DNA from: an uncultured Clostridia bacterium
GTDB taxonomy: Bacteria > Acidobacteriota > Aminicenantia > JBFLYD01 > JBBIMS01
DNA length: 36,676 nt
Direction: 5' to 3'
NCBI GenBank assembly: GCA_964517525.1
Contig: CAZFCI010000034.1
Span: 1-36,676 of the forward strand
The notes under the pieces: generated by a model
Told to the model about the DNA's origin: nothing
What the model saw: only the letters and a program-made list of their open reading frames with translations
The model's database searches: none
Part shown: positions 1 through 9,653 of the stretch, in pieces
Numbering within the stretch: position 1 is the stretch's first letter
Layout of the letters: each line of letters opens with the position of its first letter
Translations under genes and position numbers: made by a program

Positions 1-369
1 ATACAATAAATTATCTTCAGTTTGTGCATATATAAAATCATCATCAGTGAAAGTTTTTTTTACATTGAACTCATAAAAATCTTTTAAATTTTTATCCTCA
101 ATTCCTTCCACTTTGATTTTCAATTTTCCTTCGCTCTTTTCAAGGATAATTTCATTTTCAGAAATATTATATGTATCTCCCTCAAAAAAGTTTTCAATAT
201 TGAGATTTCCAAGCTCAAGCCTTAAAATTCTTTTCTCAAAGAATAGATAAACATAATTTCCTGAGAGTTTTGGCTGGTGTATGAGCTCATCCTTTAAATC
301 TAATTCTTTAAAAATTTCAAAGGAGGGGTTATTTATTGCGAATAAAGCAATTAGGATAAATAAAATCAT
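1..369 (-). CDS. Hypothetical protein, 5' part only (runs off the window); hydrophobic N-terminus
   Basis: Manual translation of the minus strand from the ATG at 369..367 stays open to position 1 (123 codons): MILFILIALFAINNPSFEIFKELDLKDELIHQPK... An in-frame stop lies 4 codons upstream of the ATG. There is no clear SD and no recognisable domain. The ORF is absent from the supplied track because it is truncated. Confidence 0.45.
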   Translation of the reverse strand, partial: MILFILIALFAINNPSFEIFKELDLKDELIHQPKLSGNYVYLFFEKRILRLELGNLNIENFFEGDTYNISENEIILEKSEGKLKIKVEGIEDKNLKDFYEFNVKKTFTDDDFIYAQTEDNLLY

Positions 370-426
370 AGAAAAATCTTATCATCTTTTGAATTTTCCT
401 TCAATTTTTAATTATTTTTGAAGATT

Positions 427-1077
427 TTATTCTTCTCTTTCGAGGCTTATTTTTATATATTTTGAATCAATCAAAATCAATCGAGGGTCAGGCAGAAGAA
501 GGGATGTTGAGATTTCCTTCTTTTTTCTAAGCTCATAAATATCCACTGGTTCTGTGGGAATTGTTTTTAAAAGAGGCAATAGGGCAGAGGGGCATAAAAC
601 CCTTACTCTTTTTGGATCTACAACAATTTTATCCATTTCCTCCTTCCCCTTAATTACAGGCTCTACAGGAACAAACTTTTCTACAAGTTTGTCAAGATTA
701 AGAACAATACTGGAGGGGTTTATTCTTGAAATTTCCACACCTTTTGGAACATTGGAAATATCTTTTCTGCTTACAGGGACAATAATCTGTCCTGCTTTAA
801 ATTGGGAAAGACTTATATTTAACTCAGGGCTTGTTCTTTTCAAATCTTGCTCCAGTTTTTTAGGTACTTTCATTGATAGTTCTATATTATTAGTAGAGGC
901 TGAAAAAACCGTTATATTGTGGGAGAGGTCTTTGAAGTTTACAGGGATAGTTATTTTTACTTCATAAACACTCCACTCACCCAGGGAAATAAGGAGCCAG
1001 ATAATGAAGGCAAGAAATAGAGAAAATAACTTTCCCTTCCAATCTTCAAGAAAAATTTTTTTGATAATTTCGGTCAT
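427..1077 (-). CDS. cdaR: YbbR-domain protein, CdaA regulator (CdaR-like)
   Basis: 216 aa with an N-terminal TM helix (LFSLFLAFIIWLLISL) followed by beta-rich YbbR-like repeats. Its ATG overlaps the cdaA stop (ATGA), the conserved cdaA-cdaR arrangement. Confidence 0.7.
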   Translation of the reverse strand: MTEIIKKIFLEDWKGKLFSLFLAFIIWLLISLGEWSVYEVKITIPVNFKDLSHNITVFSASTNNIELSMKVPKKLEQDLKRTSPELNISLSQFKAGQIIVPVSRKDISNVPKGVEISRINPSSIVLNLDKLVEKFVPVEPVIKGKEEMDKIVVDPKRVRVLCPSALLPLLKTIPTEPVDIYELRKKKEISTSLLLPDPRLILIDSKYIKISLEREE

Positions 1078-1847
1078 TTTATGTTTAAATACTCCAGAAG
1101 CCTTTGTTCAAGAGCTTCCCTCTTTAAATCCTTTTCAAGAACTCCCCCTATTGCAAGGGAAATAGAACCGCTCTCTTCTGAAACCACTATCACTGCTGAA
1201 TCAGTTTCAGCTGAGAGTCCAATTCCTGCAAGGTGTCGGGTTTTTGTTCTTATTTCTGATGAGTAGGGGTGAAGCGGAGGGAGAGGTAGAAGACATCCTG
1301 CAGATTCGATCCTACCCTGTCTTATTATTATTGCACCATCATGAAGGGCTGATTTAGATGAGAATATAGAAGTTATCAATTCCATTTCTATATTCGCATT
1401 GATTTCTATCCCCTTTTCCGAATAACTTTTTAAAGAAATTTCCTTTTCAATTGCTATCAAACCACCTATTCTGTAAGTAGATAAGTATTCTACTGCTGAA
1501 ACAATTTCTTCTATATCCTTCTTTGTGGTTTTAGGCTGGAATGGTTCGAATATGCTTCTTGCACCTATGTTAGCAAGAAATTTCCTTATCTCTGCCTGAT
1601 AAAGAACGATTATTGCTATAAAAAAATAGGGTGCTATATTTTTAAGAATCCAGTGAAGAGATACAAAATTGAAAATTTTTGAAATGAAAAAGAATATTGC
1701 AAGGATTGAAAGTCCAACCGCCATCTGATAAGCTCTTGTTCCTCTTATTAAAATAATAAACTGGTAAATCAGGACAGAAACAAGAAGTATATCGATAAGA
1801 TCCTTCAAGGAAAAGTGAAGAATACTTTTTAATATTGCCTCTATCAA
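1074..1847 (-). CDS. cdaA: Diadenylate cyclase CdaA (DisA_N/DAC domain, 3 N-terminal TM helices)
   Basis: DAC motifs are present: HDGAIIIR and TRHLAGIGLSAETDSAVIVVSEESGSISLA. The N-terminus is membrane-embedded. The start is a TTG overlapping the folP stop (TTGA). Confidence 0.9.
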   Translation of the reverse strand: MIEAILKSILHFSLKDLIDILLVSVLIYQFIILIRGTRAYQMAVGLSILAIFFFISKIFNFVSLHWILKNIAPYFFIAIIVLYQAEIRKFLANIGARSIFEPFQPKTTKKDIEEIVSAVEYLSTYRIGGLIAIEKEISLKSYSEKGIEINANIEMELITSIFSSKSALHDGAIIIRQGRIESAGCLLPLPPLHPYSSEIRTKTRHLAGIGLSAETDSAVIVVSEESGSISLAIGGVLEKDLKREALEQRLLEYLNIK

Positions 1848-2698
1848 GATTCCCTCTGAGAAAGAATTTTGTCAGCGACTTTTACAGCTCTTGAAAACTC
1901 CTTTACATCGTGAACCCTTAAGACATGGGCGCCTTTGAAAATACCTATTATACCAGAGGATATAGAACCTTCAAGTCTTTCCTCAGGAGGGAGATTCAAG
2001 ATATTGCCAATGAAAGATTTCCTCGAAATGCCAAGAAGAATGGGACGGTTTAGTTCTTGAAATTTATCGAGATTTGCAATTATTTTTTCATTGTCCTCCT
2101 GCCTTTTTCCAAAGCCTATGCCAGGGTCCAATATTACTTTCTCTGGATCAATATCATTTTTAACAATATAATCAAGTCTTTCTTTAAAAAAATCTTTAAT
2201 TTCCTGAATAACATTTTTATAAAATGGATTTATCTGCATGGTCTTTGGTGTTCCTTTCATGTGCATTATTATTACGGGTACATCCCTTTTCTTTATTACC
2301 TCTACCATCATGGGATCAAATCTCAATCCACTTATGTCGTTCAATATATCTGCACCATTTTCAATCGCTTCCTCAGCTATTTTTGACTTGTAGGTGTCAA
2401 TTGAAATCAGACATTTTACCTTCTTTCTTAACTCCTTGATTACTGGTATAACTCTCCTTCTCTCCTCCTCCTCTGAAATGCTTTCTGCACCTGGTCTTGA
2501 ACTTTCACCACCAACATCTATAATATGAGCTCCTTCTTCCTCAATCTCAATACCCCTTTCAATTGCTTTTTCTTTTTCAAAATATTTGCCTCCATCTGAG
2601 AAAGAATCAGGAGTGATATTGAGAATACCCATTATTAATGTTTCTCTCCCTATGAGTAATTTATCCCCTCTGATTTTTAAGGTTACAACTTGCCTCAT
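1844..2698 (-). CDS. folP: Dihydropteroate synthase
   Basis: Motifs GILNITPDSFSDGG and DVGGESSRPGA are present. The track ORF extends to a TTG at 2734 and overlaps ftsH by 35 nt. I prefer the ATG at 2698 (MRQVVTLKIRG...), which lies 1 nt after the ftsH stop and gives a typical N-terminal length. Confidence 0.88.
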   Translation of the reverse strand: MRQVVTLKIRGDKLLIGRETLIMGILNITPDSFSDGGKYFEKEKAIERGIEIEEEGAHIIDVGGESSRPGAESISEEEERRRVIPVIKELRKKVKCLISIDTYKSKIAEEAIENGADILNDISGLRFDPMMVEVIKKRDVPVIIMHMKGTPKTMQINPFYKNVIQEIKDFFKERLDYIVKNDIDPEKVILDPGIGFGKRQEDNEKIIANLDKFQELNRPILLGISRKSFIGNILNLPPEERLEGSISSGIIGIFKGAHVLRVHDVKEFSRAVKVADKILSQRES

Positions 2699-2699
2699 T

Positions 2700-4514
2700 T
2701 TACTGGAGATAGGCTTGGGAAGTTTCTTTTCCAATTATCTCTTTTATCTCATCTCCTGTGAGGGATTCCCTCTCAAGGAGAGTCTCTGCCAATTTGAAAA
2801 GAGCGTCTTTTTTATTTTCAAGAATCTCCTTTGCCCTATTGTAATTTGTAGTTATTATCTTCTTAATCTCCTCATCAATCTTTCTTGCAGTTTCTTCACT
2901 GAAATCCTTTCTTACAGCAAGATCCCTCCCAAGAAAGACCATATCATCCTTATCAGCATAGGTGAGAGGTCCGAGGTCAGACATACCCCATTTGCAGACC
3001 ATCTTTCTTGCAATTTCTGTAGCCTGTTCGAAATCGTTTCCCGCTCCTGTTGTCTCCTTTTCAAGAGCGATCTCCTCAGCTATTCTTCCTGCCAGAAGAA
3101 CTGCTATCTGAGCCTCCAGATAGGATTTTGTGTAGTTGTATCTGTCGTCAAGTGGTAGTTGCTGGGTGACTCCCAGAGCCAATCCTCTCGGAATTATACT
3201 TACTTTGTGAATCGGATCCGCTTCAGGTATTGAATTAGCCACTATCACATGACCTGCCTCATGGAAAGCAACTATTTTTTTCTCTTCATCTGAAATTATG
3301 AGACTTTTTCTTTCAGCTCCCATTAAAACTTTATCCTTTGCAAATTCAAAATCTTTCATTGTGACAAATTTCTGATTGTTTCTTGCTGCATTTAGAGCAG
3401 CTTCGTTCACCATGTTGGCGATATCCGCTCCTGAAAAACCAGGGGTTGTTTTTGCAAGAAGTTTCAAGTCAACATCTGGAGCGAGGGGAACTTTCCTTGT
3501 GTGGACTTTTAAGATTTCTTCCCTTCCCTTTACATCTGGCTTATTTACAACTATTCTTCTGTCAAATCTTCCCGGACGAAGAAGGGCAGAGTCAAGAATG
3601 TCAGGCCTGTTAGTCGCAGCAATAACAATTATACCATCATTGGGATCAAACCCATCCATCTCAACAAGGAGCTGGTTAAGGGTTTGTTCCCTCTCGTCAT
3701 GTCCTCCACCTAATCCAGCCCCTCTTTCCCTACCAACTGCATCGAGTTCATCTATGAAGACAAGGCAGGGTGCGTGTTTCTTTGCCTGGTCGAAAAGATC
3801 CCTAACCCTTGATGCTCCAACACCAACAAAGAGTTCAACAAAATCTGAACCAGATATTGAAAAGAAAGGCACATTTGCTTCTCCAGCAACTGCTTTGGCA
3901 AGGAGAGTCTTACCTGTTCCTGGAGGACCAATGAGAATGACACCCTTAGGAATTCTACCTCCCAGTCTCTGGAATTTCTGAGGGTCTTTTAAAAATTCTA
4001 TTATTTCTTTAAGTTCCTCTTTTGCTTCATCTACTCCAGCCACATCTTCAAAAGTGACTCTCTTAGATGAGTCTGTGACAAGTTTTGCCCTACTTTTCCC
4101 AAAAGTGAAAGCTTTATTACCTCCTACCTGAAGCTGTTTTATAAAAAGAAGCCAGAGAATGAAGATTAAAATGAAGGGTGACAAAGAGCCTATAAGGGAT
4201 ACAATTGGACTGGGGGTAGTATCTTTGACAACTATACTAACATTCTTATCCCTTAAGATCTTTATCAAGTCAGTGTATTGAGATGGAGCAACAGTTTTGA
4301 ACTGCCTTTCGTCTTTAAATTTGCCTTCGATTTTATTACCAGAAATAGTTACCTCTTCTACATTTCCCAAAATTATGGAATCAAGAAACTCTGAGAAAGC
4401 AATTTCTTTCTTTTTCCCTCCCGATTCCTGGAAGATATTCCAGAAAAAGATGACTAAGAATATTACTGCAATCCATATAATTAAATTTTTCAATATATTA
4501 TTCTTATTTTCCAT
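2700..4514 (-). CDS. ftsH: ATP-dependent zinc metalloprotease FtsH
   Basis: Two N-terminal TM segments; AAA+ Walker A GPPGTGKTLLAKAVAGEA; Walker B VFIDELDA; zinc site HEAGHVIV. 604 aa. Confidence 0.96.
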   Translation of the reverse strand: MENKNNILKNLIIWIAVIFLVIFFWNIFQESGGKKKEIAFSEFLDSIILGNVEEVTISGNKIEGKFKDERQFKTVAPSQYTDLIKILRDKNVSIVVKDTTPSPIVSLIGSLSPFILIFILWLLFIKQLQVGGNKAFTFGKSRAKLVTDSSKRVTFEDVAGVDEAKEELKEIIEFLKDPQKFQRLGGRIPKGVILIGPPGTGKTLLAKAVAGEANVPFFSISGSDFVELFVGVGASRVRDLFDQAKKHAPCLVFIDELDAVGRERGAGLGGGHDEREQTLNQLLVEMDGFDPNDGIIVIAATNRPDILDSALLRPGRFDRRIVVNKPDVKGREEILKVHTRKVPLAPDVDLKLLAKTTPGFSGADIANMVNEAALNAARNNQKFVTMKDFEFAKDKVLMGAERKSLIISDEEKKIVAFHEAGHVIVANSIPEADPIHKVSIIPRGLALGVTQQLPLDDRYNYTKSYLEAQIAVLLAGRIAEEIALEKETTGAGNDFEQATEIARKMVCKWGMSDLGPLTYADKDDMVFLGRDLAVRKDFSEETARKIDEEIKKIITTNYNRAKEILENKKDALFKLAETLLERESLTGDEIKEIIGKETSQAYLQ

Positions 4515-4576
4515 ATCCAGAACCTCAGAAAAATTATAACATACTTGAAATCAAAAAACCATTTAATGTGTAACTC

Positions 4577-4606
4577 TTTACAAAAGTAAGGATTTCATGG
4601 TAAAAT
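4577..4606 (+). promoter_or_regulatory. Candidate sigma-70 promoter for tRNA-Glu (TTTACA-18-TAAAAT)
   Basis: The -35 TTTACA is at 4577-4582 and the -10 TAAAAT at 4601-4606, 12 nt upstream of the tRNA 5' end. Called by eye only. Confidence 0.35.
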
Positions 4607-4618
4607 CCCTATCTATGT

Positions 4619-4694
4619 GGCGGTATCGTCTAGGGGCCTAGGACGGATGGTTCTCAGCCATCAAACCGGGGTTCAAATCCCCGTACCGCTGCCA
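4619..4694 (+). tRNA. tRNA-Glu, anticodon CUC, genomically encoded CCA
   Basis: A 76-nt cloverleaf folds by hand. Acceptor stem GGCGGTA/TACCGCT (G1:U72 wobble). D arm GTCT-AGGGGCCTA-GGAC, typical of tRNA-Glu. Anticodon stem GATGG/CCATC with loop TTCTCAG (anticodon CTC). Variable loop AAAC. T arm CGGGG-TTCAAAT-CCCCG. Discriminator G followed by CCA. Confidence 0.85.
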
Positions 4695-4698
4695 ATTT

Positions 4699-5508
4699 CT
4701 AAATATTTTTCTCTAAAGCACTAATTTTAATTGAGCCATTAACTGTTTCTATATCGATTTTTTTACTTCCATCCCCCAAAACAAAATAAGCACTTCTTTT
4801 TTTAAGGGATAATCTTTTCATTGGCTTCTGAAATTCATCTATACTGATACCACCATTTACAGTCTCAACATTAAATTCTGCATTCTCCAAATTTCCAATA
4901 TTTAGTGTCACACTCCCATTAACAGTGCTCAAATTGATGTATTCTCCAACCTCTAAAACTTCTGCATTTATACCTCCATTTACGGTTTCTCCTTTTAATG
5001 TTCCGTATGCCTTTGATACATTAATACTTCCATTAACAGTTTCCGATTCTATATCTCCTCTGTGATGGTAAATTGAAATATCTCCGTTTACAGAGGAGGC
5101 AGAGATATTTCCTTCCATATCATTAACCTTAACACTTCCGTTTACAGTGGAAAGGGCAAGATTTTTTGGGGATGGAGCATTAACAATTATTTCTACATCG
5201 GCAACTGAGCCTCCGAATATTCTCCATCCATCTCTCTTTTTAACCTTTATCCTCAGTTCTCTTCCTGAGTCGTCAAAAATAACATCTGTCTTTTCTAAGA
5301 TTGCTTTACTTTTTGATCTTTTCTTAACGAATACATAGATTTCTGGCTTTCCCCAGCTTTTCAGATTTATACTACCGTTCACATTTTCAATAGAAATTTT
5401 TTCAATTTTTCTCCCATCAAAGTACTTGGTTATTTCTTGGCTGTATTCAGGATATAGAAGACATGCAAAGATTAAAATAGATAGAAGAAAAGTTAGAACT
5501 CTTTTCAT
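4699..5508 (-). CDS. DUF4097-type putative adhesin / beta-helix repeat protein, probable lipoprotein or secreted
   Basis: Signal peptide MKRVLTFLLSILIFAC, then many repeats of (E)TVNGSI/VNGDI/VNGGI characteristic of DUF4097. GGAGG SD upstream. Confidence 0.7.
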   Translation of the reverse strand: MKRVLTFLLSILIFACLLYPEYSQEITKYFDGRKIEKISIENVNGSINLKSWGKPEIYVFVKKRSKSKAILEKTDVIFDDSGRELRIKVKKRDGWRIFGGSVADVEIIVNAPSPKNLALSTVNGSVKVNDMEGNISASSVNGDISIYHHRGDIESETVNGSINVSKAYGTLKGETVNGGINAEVLEVGEYINLSTVNGSVTLNIGNLENAEFNVETVNGGISIDEFQKPMKRLSLKKRSAYFVLGDGSKKIDIETVNGSIKISALEKNI

Positions 5509-5554
5509 AATTAACCTCCATCTTAAATTAACGGTAAAGAAGTTAAAAAAGTTC

Positions 5555-6151
5555 CTAAAAATTTGGCTTAATTATCATGGAAGCTCTAACTTTGTGATAG
5601 AAGAGGGAATTTAAAGTTTTTTTCTTCCACTCCCACTCTGTTTTCTTAAAGAATTCTTTTTTAATATCTTCATCTCTAAAAGACAATTTGTTGCTCCCTG
5701 AAACAACAAATTGGTCATAATCATCATTATTTTGAATGATTCCAAAGCCCCTTGAAGAGGGAAATACCAAGGGATAGTTATGAAGGGATTCTGAATAAAT
5801 TCTTAAAAGAATCAAATTTTCAAAACCATTTCTTATTGAGATTCCTTCTTTAAAACATGGCTTAATTTCCCTTGAAAAATCCAATTTCTTTTCAAATCTT
5901 TCTATTTCCAACTTCCAGTAAAAGGTCTTATCATCTCCAGAATCTTTTAAATATGAAATTCCATAATCTCCATTATCTTTAAAAAGCCAACCCTCGAAAA
6001 GGATTTTCAATTCATAATTTCCCCTTTCTCCGTTGATAGAACTCCATCCCCCTTTCACATCAAAGAATACTTTAAGATTCCATTCTTGACCTTTCCTTTC
6101 GTAGCCATAAAGGATAAAACAGAAAATTAGAATAAATCTTAACTTTCTCAT
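5555..6151 (-). CDS. Hypothetical secreted protein
   Basis: No recognisable domain. The likely start is the ATG at 6151 (MRKLRFILIFCFILYG, signal-peptide-like), which overlaps the HD-GYP stop as ATGA. The track ORF starts 11 codons earlier, at 6184. Confidence 0.6.
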   Translation of the reverse strand: MRKLRFILIFCFILYGYERKGQEWNLKVFFDVKGGWSSINGERGNYELKILFEGWLFKDNGDYGISYLKDSGDDKTFYWKLEIERFEKKLDFSREIKPCFKEGISIRNGFENLILLRIYSESLHNYPLVFPSSRGFGIIQNNDDYDQFVVSGSNKLSFRDEDIKKEFFKKTEWEWKKKTLNSLFYHKVRASMIIKPNF

Positions 6152-7299
6152 CCTCTCATAATTTTTAAGAATGCCTTCCCGCAATCAGGGCAGAATTGTT
6201 TTTCAATGTTTCTTTCGATTTCTTCAAGAGCCTCCCTCTCATTTATTCTATTCCTGTATGGTCTTGAAGTTGTAAGGGCGTCGAAGGTATCGGCAACTGC
6301 AATTATCCTTGCCCATAGAGGTATTTCTTCCCCCTTCAAATTTTCAGGATATCCTTTCCCATCCCATCTCTCATGGTGATGTTTTATAGCCTTTACTATC
6401 CTGTCCATTCCATTTATGCCCTTTAAAATCTCAGCTCCTATTACTGGATGTTCTTGAATTTTTTTGAACTCTCTTTCAGTGAGAGCCGTTGGTTTTGCAA
6501 GAATTGAGTCAGGAATTCCAATTTTTCCAATATCATGTAGAATTGCTGAAATTTTTAAGCCTTCCAGTTCCTTTCCCCTAAGACCAAGAAATTTTCCGAT
6601 TTGTAGAGAATAGTCGAGAACCCTTTTCGTATGTCCTCCAGTGTAAGGGTCTCTCTTCTCAATAGCTATGGCAAGCGCAAAGGATGTCTGTATGAAGAGT
6701 TCCTTCCTTTCCTCGTAGAGTCTTGCATTATCAAGAGCGATGGCAATCGGTCCTGAGAGGGCAAGTAAACTTTCTTTATCTCTTTGAGTGAAGCCTTTTC
6801 CATCTTTTTTATTTAAGAGTTCTACAACTCCTAATATCTTCCTCCCAATTATAAGAGGGACTGCAAGGATTGAGCGAGATTGAAAAGAAGATTCAACATC
6901 AAATGCTTCTTCCCAGTAAGGGCTTTTTCTAACATCATTTACCATTAGAGGTTTTTTGGATTTTGCTACATAGCCAGCAATTCCATCACCTATTTTTAGT
7001 CTCATCTGCCTAATTTTTCCTACATTTTCCCCCCTTATAATCCTGAAAAAAAGCTCCTTCTTTTCCTGATCGATCTCCCATATTGAGGAAGCCTCCGCTT
7101 TGCAAATCCTCTCTACATGCTCCATTGCTTTATAAAGAACCTCCTCTATCTCGAGGGAAGTTGACAGGCTCTGACTCACCTTGAGAAGGGTTCTTAGAGT
7201 TTTATTCTCTTTTTTTATTTTTTGGATTATCTCATCAATCCTATCCTTCCTCATGTTTAAATTATCTTCTTTCATCTTTAGATTGTCAAATTTTGGCAT
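6148..7299 (-). CDS. GAF domain + HD-GYP domain cyclic-dinucleotide phosphodiesterase
   Basis: N-terminal coiled region, a GAF-like block (ASSIWEID...GIAGYV...LAVPLI) and an HD-GYP catalytic domain with HDIGKIGIP and HHERWDGKGYP. Confidence 0.85.
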   Translation of the reverse strand: MPKFDNLKMKEDNLNMRKDRIDEIIQKIKKENKTLRTLLKVSQSLSTSLEIEEVLYKAMEHVERICKAEASSIWEIDQEKKELFFRIIRGENVGKIRQMRLKIGDGIAGYVAKSKKPLMVNDVRKSPYWEEAFDVESSFQSRSILAVPLIIGRKILGVVELLNKKDGKGFTQRDKESLLALSGPIAIALDNARLYEERKELFIQTSFALAIAIEKRDPYTGGHTKRVLDYSLQIGKFLGLRGKELEGLKISAILHDIGKIGIPDSILAKPTALTEREFKKIQEHPVIGAEILKGINGMDRIVKAIKHHHERWDGKGYPENLKGEEIPLWARIIAVADTFDALTTSRPYRNRINEREALEEIERNIEKQFCPDCGKAFLKIMRG

Positions 7300-7318
7300 G
7301 TTTTTTCATGGAATGAAA

Positions 7319-7347
7319 TTGACCAAAATTATTAAATGTATTATATT
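7319..7347 (+). promoter_or_regulatory. Candidate sigma-70 promoter (TTGACC-17-TATATT) for the COG2403-arcC-argF operon
   Basis: The -35 is at 7319-7324 and the -10 at 7342-7347, about 40 nt upstream of the ATG at 7387. An AGGAGG SD lies between them. Confidence 0.4.
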
Positions 7348-7386
7348 TATCTTTTTAGGAGATTAAAGATTTATTAGGAGGAAAAG

Positions 7387-8691
7387 ATGAGAAAGGTATT
7401 GATTATGGGCGCAGCTGGAAGAGATTTTCACAATTTTAATGTCTATTTCAGGAATAATAAGAATTATAGGGTTGTTGCCTTTACAGCAACCCAGATTCCT
7501 GATATTGAAGGGAGGAAATATCCTCCTGAACTTGCAGGTCCTTTATACCCTGAGGGTATTCCAATTTATCCTGAATCAGAGCTAACAGAACTGATAAAGA
7601 AATTAAAGGTTGATGAGGTAGTATTTTCATACAGTGATGTATCCCATGAGTATGTAATGCACAAAGCATCGGAAGTCTTATCTGCTGGCGCTAACTTTAC
7701 CTTTTTGGGACCTCAAGCTACAATGTTAAAAAGCAAGGTTCCTGTTGTCTCTGTGTGTGCGGTAAGGACTGGTTGCGGGAAGAGTCAAACATCCCGGAGG
7801 GTGAGCAAGATTCTAATGGCTAAGGGTAGAAAGCTTGTTGTTATAAGGCATCCAATGCCTTACGGAAACCTATCTGAGCAAAAAGTTCAGAGATTTGCTA
7901 CCTTTGAAGACCTTGATAGATATAAATGCACAATAGAGGAAAGGGAAGAGTATGAGCCCCACATTAGAAATGGAGCTGTAGTTTATGCTGGAGTTGATTA
8001 TGAAGCAATACTGAGGGAAGCTGAGAAGGAAGCAGATGTAATTCTCTGGGATGGAGGAAACAATGACTTCCCATTTATTGAAAGCAATATGGAAATTGTT
8101 GTAACAGACCCCCACAGGCAGGGGCATGAGCTAAAATATCATCCTGGAGAGACAAATTTCAGGCGTGCAAAATGCATTGTCATAAATAAAGTTGACACTG
8201 CTGAGAATGAGAAGGTAAATCTTTTAAGGGAAAATATAAGGAAAATAAATCCAGATGCAATAATTGTTGAGGCTGCATCTCCAATATTTTTGAATGATGG
8301 CTCTCAAATAAGAGGGAAAAGGGTTCTTGTAATTGAGGATGGTCCAACGCTAACCCATGGGGAGATGTCCTATGGAGCTGGAGTTGTTGCGGCGTTGAAG
8401 TATGGAGCAAAGGAGCTCGTTGATCCAAGGGAGTTTGCTGTTGGTTCAATTGCTGAAACTTTCAAAAAATATCCTCACATTGGTAAGCTCCTTCCAGCAA
8501 TGGGATATGGAGAAAATCAGATCAAGGAACTCGAAGAAACAATTAACAGATCTGATGCTGATCTTGTGATAGTGGCAACACCAATTGATCTCACAAAGGT
8601 TCTTCGCCTAAACAAGCCCTCCCTGCGGGTTTTTTATGAATTACAGGAGATCGGAACACCAACACTGGAGGATGTTCTTAAAGATTTTTAA
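7387..8691 (+). CDS. COG2403-type predicted P-loop GTPase (family often annotated cyclic 2,3-diphosphoglycerate synthetase-like)
   Basis: N-terminus MGAAGRDFHNFNVYFRNN...; Walker A-like VRTGCGKSQTS; conserved RHPMPYG and WDGGNNDFPF blocks as I recall them for this family. Assigned from memory of the family, not from a search. Confidence 0.55.
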   Translation: MRKVLIMGAAGRDFHNFNVYFRNNKNYRVVAFTATQIPDIEGRKYPPELAGPLYPEGIPIYPESELTELIKKLKVDEVVFSYSDVSHEYVMHKASEVLSAGANFTFLGPQATMLKSKVPVVSVCAVRTGCGKSQTSRRVSKILMAKGRKLVVIRHPMPYGNLSEQKVQRFATFEDLDRYKCTIEEREEYEPHIRNGAVVYAGVDYEAILREAEKEADVILWDGGNNDFPFIESNMEIVVTDPHRQGHELKYHPGETNFRRAKCIVINKVDTAENEKVNLLRENIRKINPDAIIVEAASPIFLNDGSQIRGKRVLVIEDGPTLTHGEMSYGAGVVAALKYGAKELVDPREFAVGSIAETFKKYPHIGKLLPAMGYGENQIKELEETINRSDADLVIVATPIDLTKVLRLNKPSLRVFYELQEIGTPTLEDVLKDF

Positions 8692-8694
8692 AAA

Positions 8695-9639
8695 ATGAAG
8701 GAAAAAATAGCCCTTATAGCTTTTGGAGGAAATGCAATTTTGCCAAATGGGCAGAGAGGTCTACAGAAAGAGCAGATGAAGAATTCCGAGAAGGCAGCAA
8801 AAATGATGATGGAAATTGTTGCAAAGGGATATGAGTTAATTGTTGTTCATGGGAATGGACCTCAGGTTGGCAATATACTAATTCAGATGGAAGAAGCTTC
8901 CAACAAAATTCCTCCTTTCACTCTTGAAGTTTGTGATGCAATGACTGAAGGTAGTATGGGATACATGCTGGAGAAGGCTCTAATAAACGAGCTAAGGAAA
9001 AATTCCATAGATAAAGAGGTTGTAACAATCCTCACCCAGGTAATAGTTGATAGAGAAGACCCTGCTTTCCAGAATCCCACAAAACCAATCGGTCCCTTTT
9101 ATACTCAATACAGAGCTCAACAACTCATAAAGGAAAAGAAGTGGACAATGATTGAGGATGCAGGAAGAGGATGGAGAAAGGTTGTTCCTTCTCCGAGACC
9201 GATAGATGTTGTTGCCAAAAGAGTCATTAGCGATTTAGTAAGAAGTGGAAGGATTGTAATTGCTGCTGGAGGAGGTGGTATCCCTGTTATTATAAATTCA
9301 AAGGGGCTAATAGAAGGGATTGAAGCTGTAATTGACAAGGATTATGCCTCTGCTCTCCTTGCATCAGAGGTTGGCGTTGACCTTTTCATTATATTAACTG
9401 GCGTGGATAAGGTATACTTAAATTATGGAAAAGAGAATCAAAGAGAGATTAAGGTAATGACTGTTAAAGAAGCAAAAAAATACCTGGATGAAGGACAATT
9501 TCCACCAGGCTCTATGGGACCTAAAATAAGAGCAGCTATTCAATATATAGAAGCTGGAGGTAAGGAAGTCCTTATAACTTCTGCCTCAAAGTTAAAGGCT
9601 GCTCTTGCAAAAAGGGCTGGAACAAGGATAATACAATAG
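8695..9639 (+). CDS. arcC: Carbamate kinase
   Basis: ALIAFGGNAIL, VVHGNGPQVGN and AAGGGGIPV motifs; 314 aa; 3-nt gap to the upstream gene. Confidence 0.9.
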   Translation: MKEKIALIAFGGNAILPNGQRGLQKEQMKNSEKAAKMMMEIVAKGYELIVVHGNGPQVGNILIQMEEASNKIPPFTLEVCDAMTEGSMGYMLEKALINELRKNSIDKEVVTILTQVIVDREDPAFQNPTKPIGPFYTQYRAQQLIKEKKWTMIEDAGRGWRKVVPSPRPIDVVAKRVISDLVRSGRIVIAAGGGGIPVIINSKGLIEGIEAVIDKDYASALLASEVGVDLFIILTGVDKVYLNYGKENQREIKVMTVKEAKKYLDEGQFPPGSMGPKIRAAIQYIEAGGKEVLITSASKLKAALAKRAGTRIIQ

Positions 9640-9653
9640 ATGGAGGTTTTATA

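Noticed and set aside
3376-3981. 201-aa plus-strand ORF (and neighbours at 3383-3613 and 2586-3158) antisense to ftsH/folP
   Set aside because: It lies entirely inside a strongly conserved minus-strand gene. It has low-complexity Ser/Pro/Ala-rich composition and no SD, so it is a typical shadow ORF.
4619-7299. tRNA-Glu as an integration site for a genomic island containing the HD-GYP cluster
   Set aside because: I saw no integrase, no direct repeat of the tRNA 3' end within the window (only an 8-mer match at ~16693) and no mobility genes.
7294-7309. TGGCAT-GTTTT-TTCAT, a sigma-54-like -24 element near the COG2403 operon
   Set aside because: The -12 position reads TTCA, with no GC or G at the right spacing. 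The TGGCAT overlaps the HD-GYP start codon on the other strand. A good sigma-70 promoter lies just downstream.
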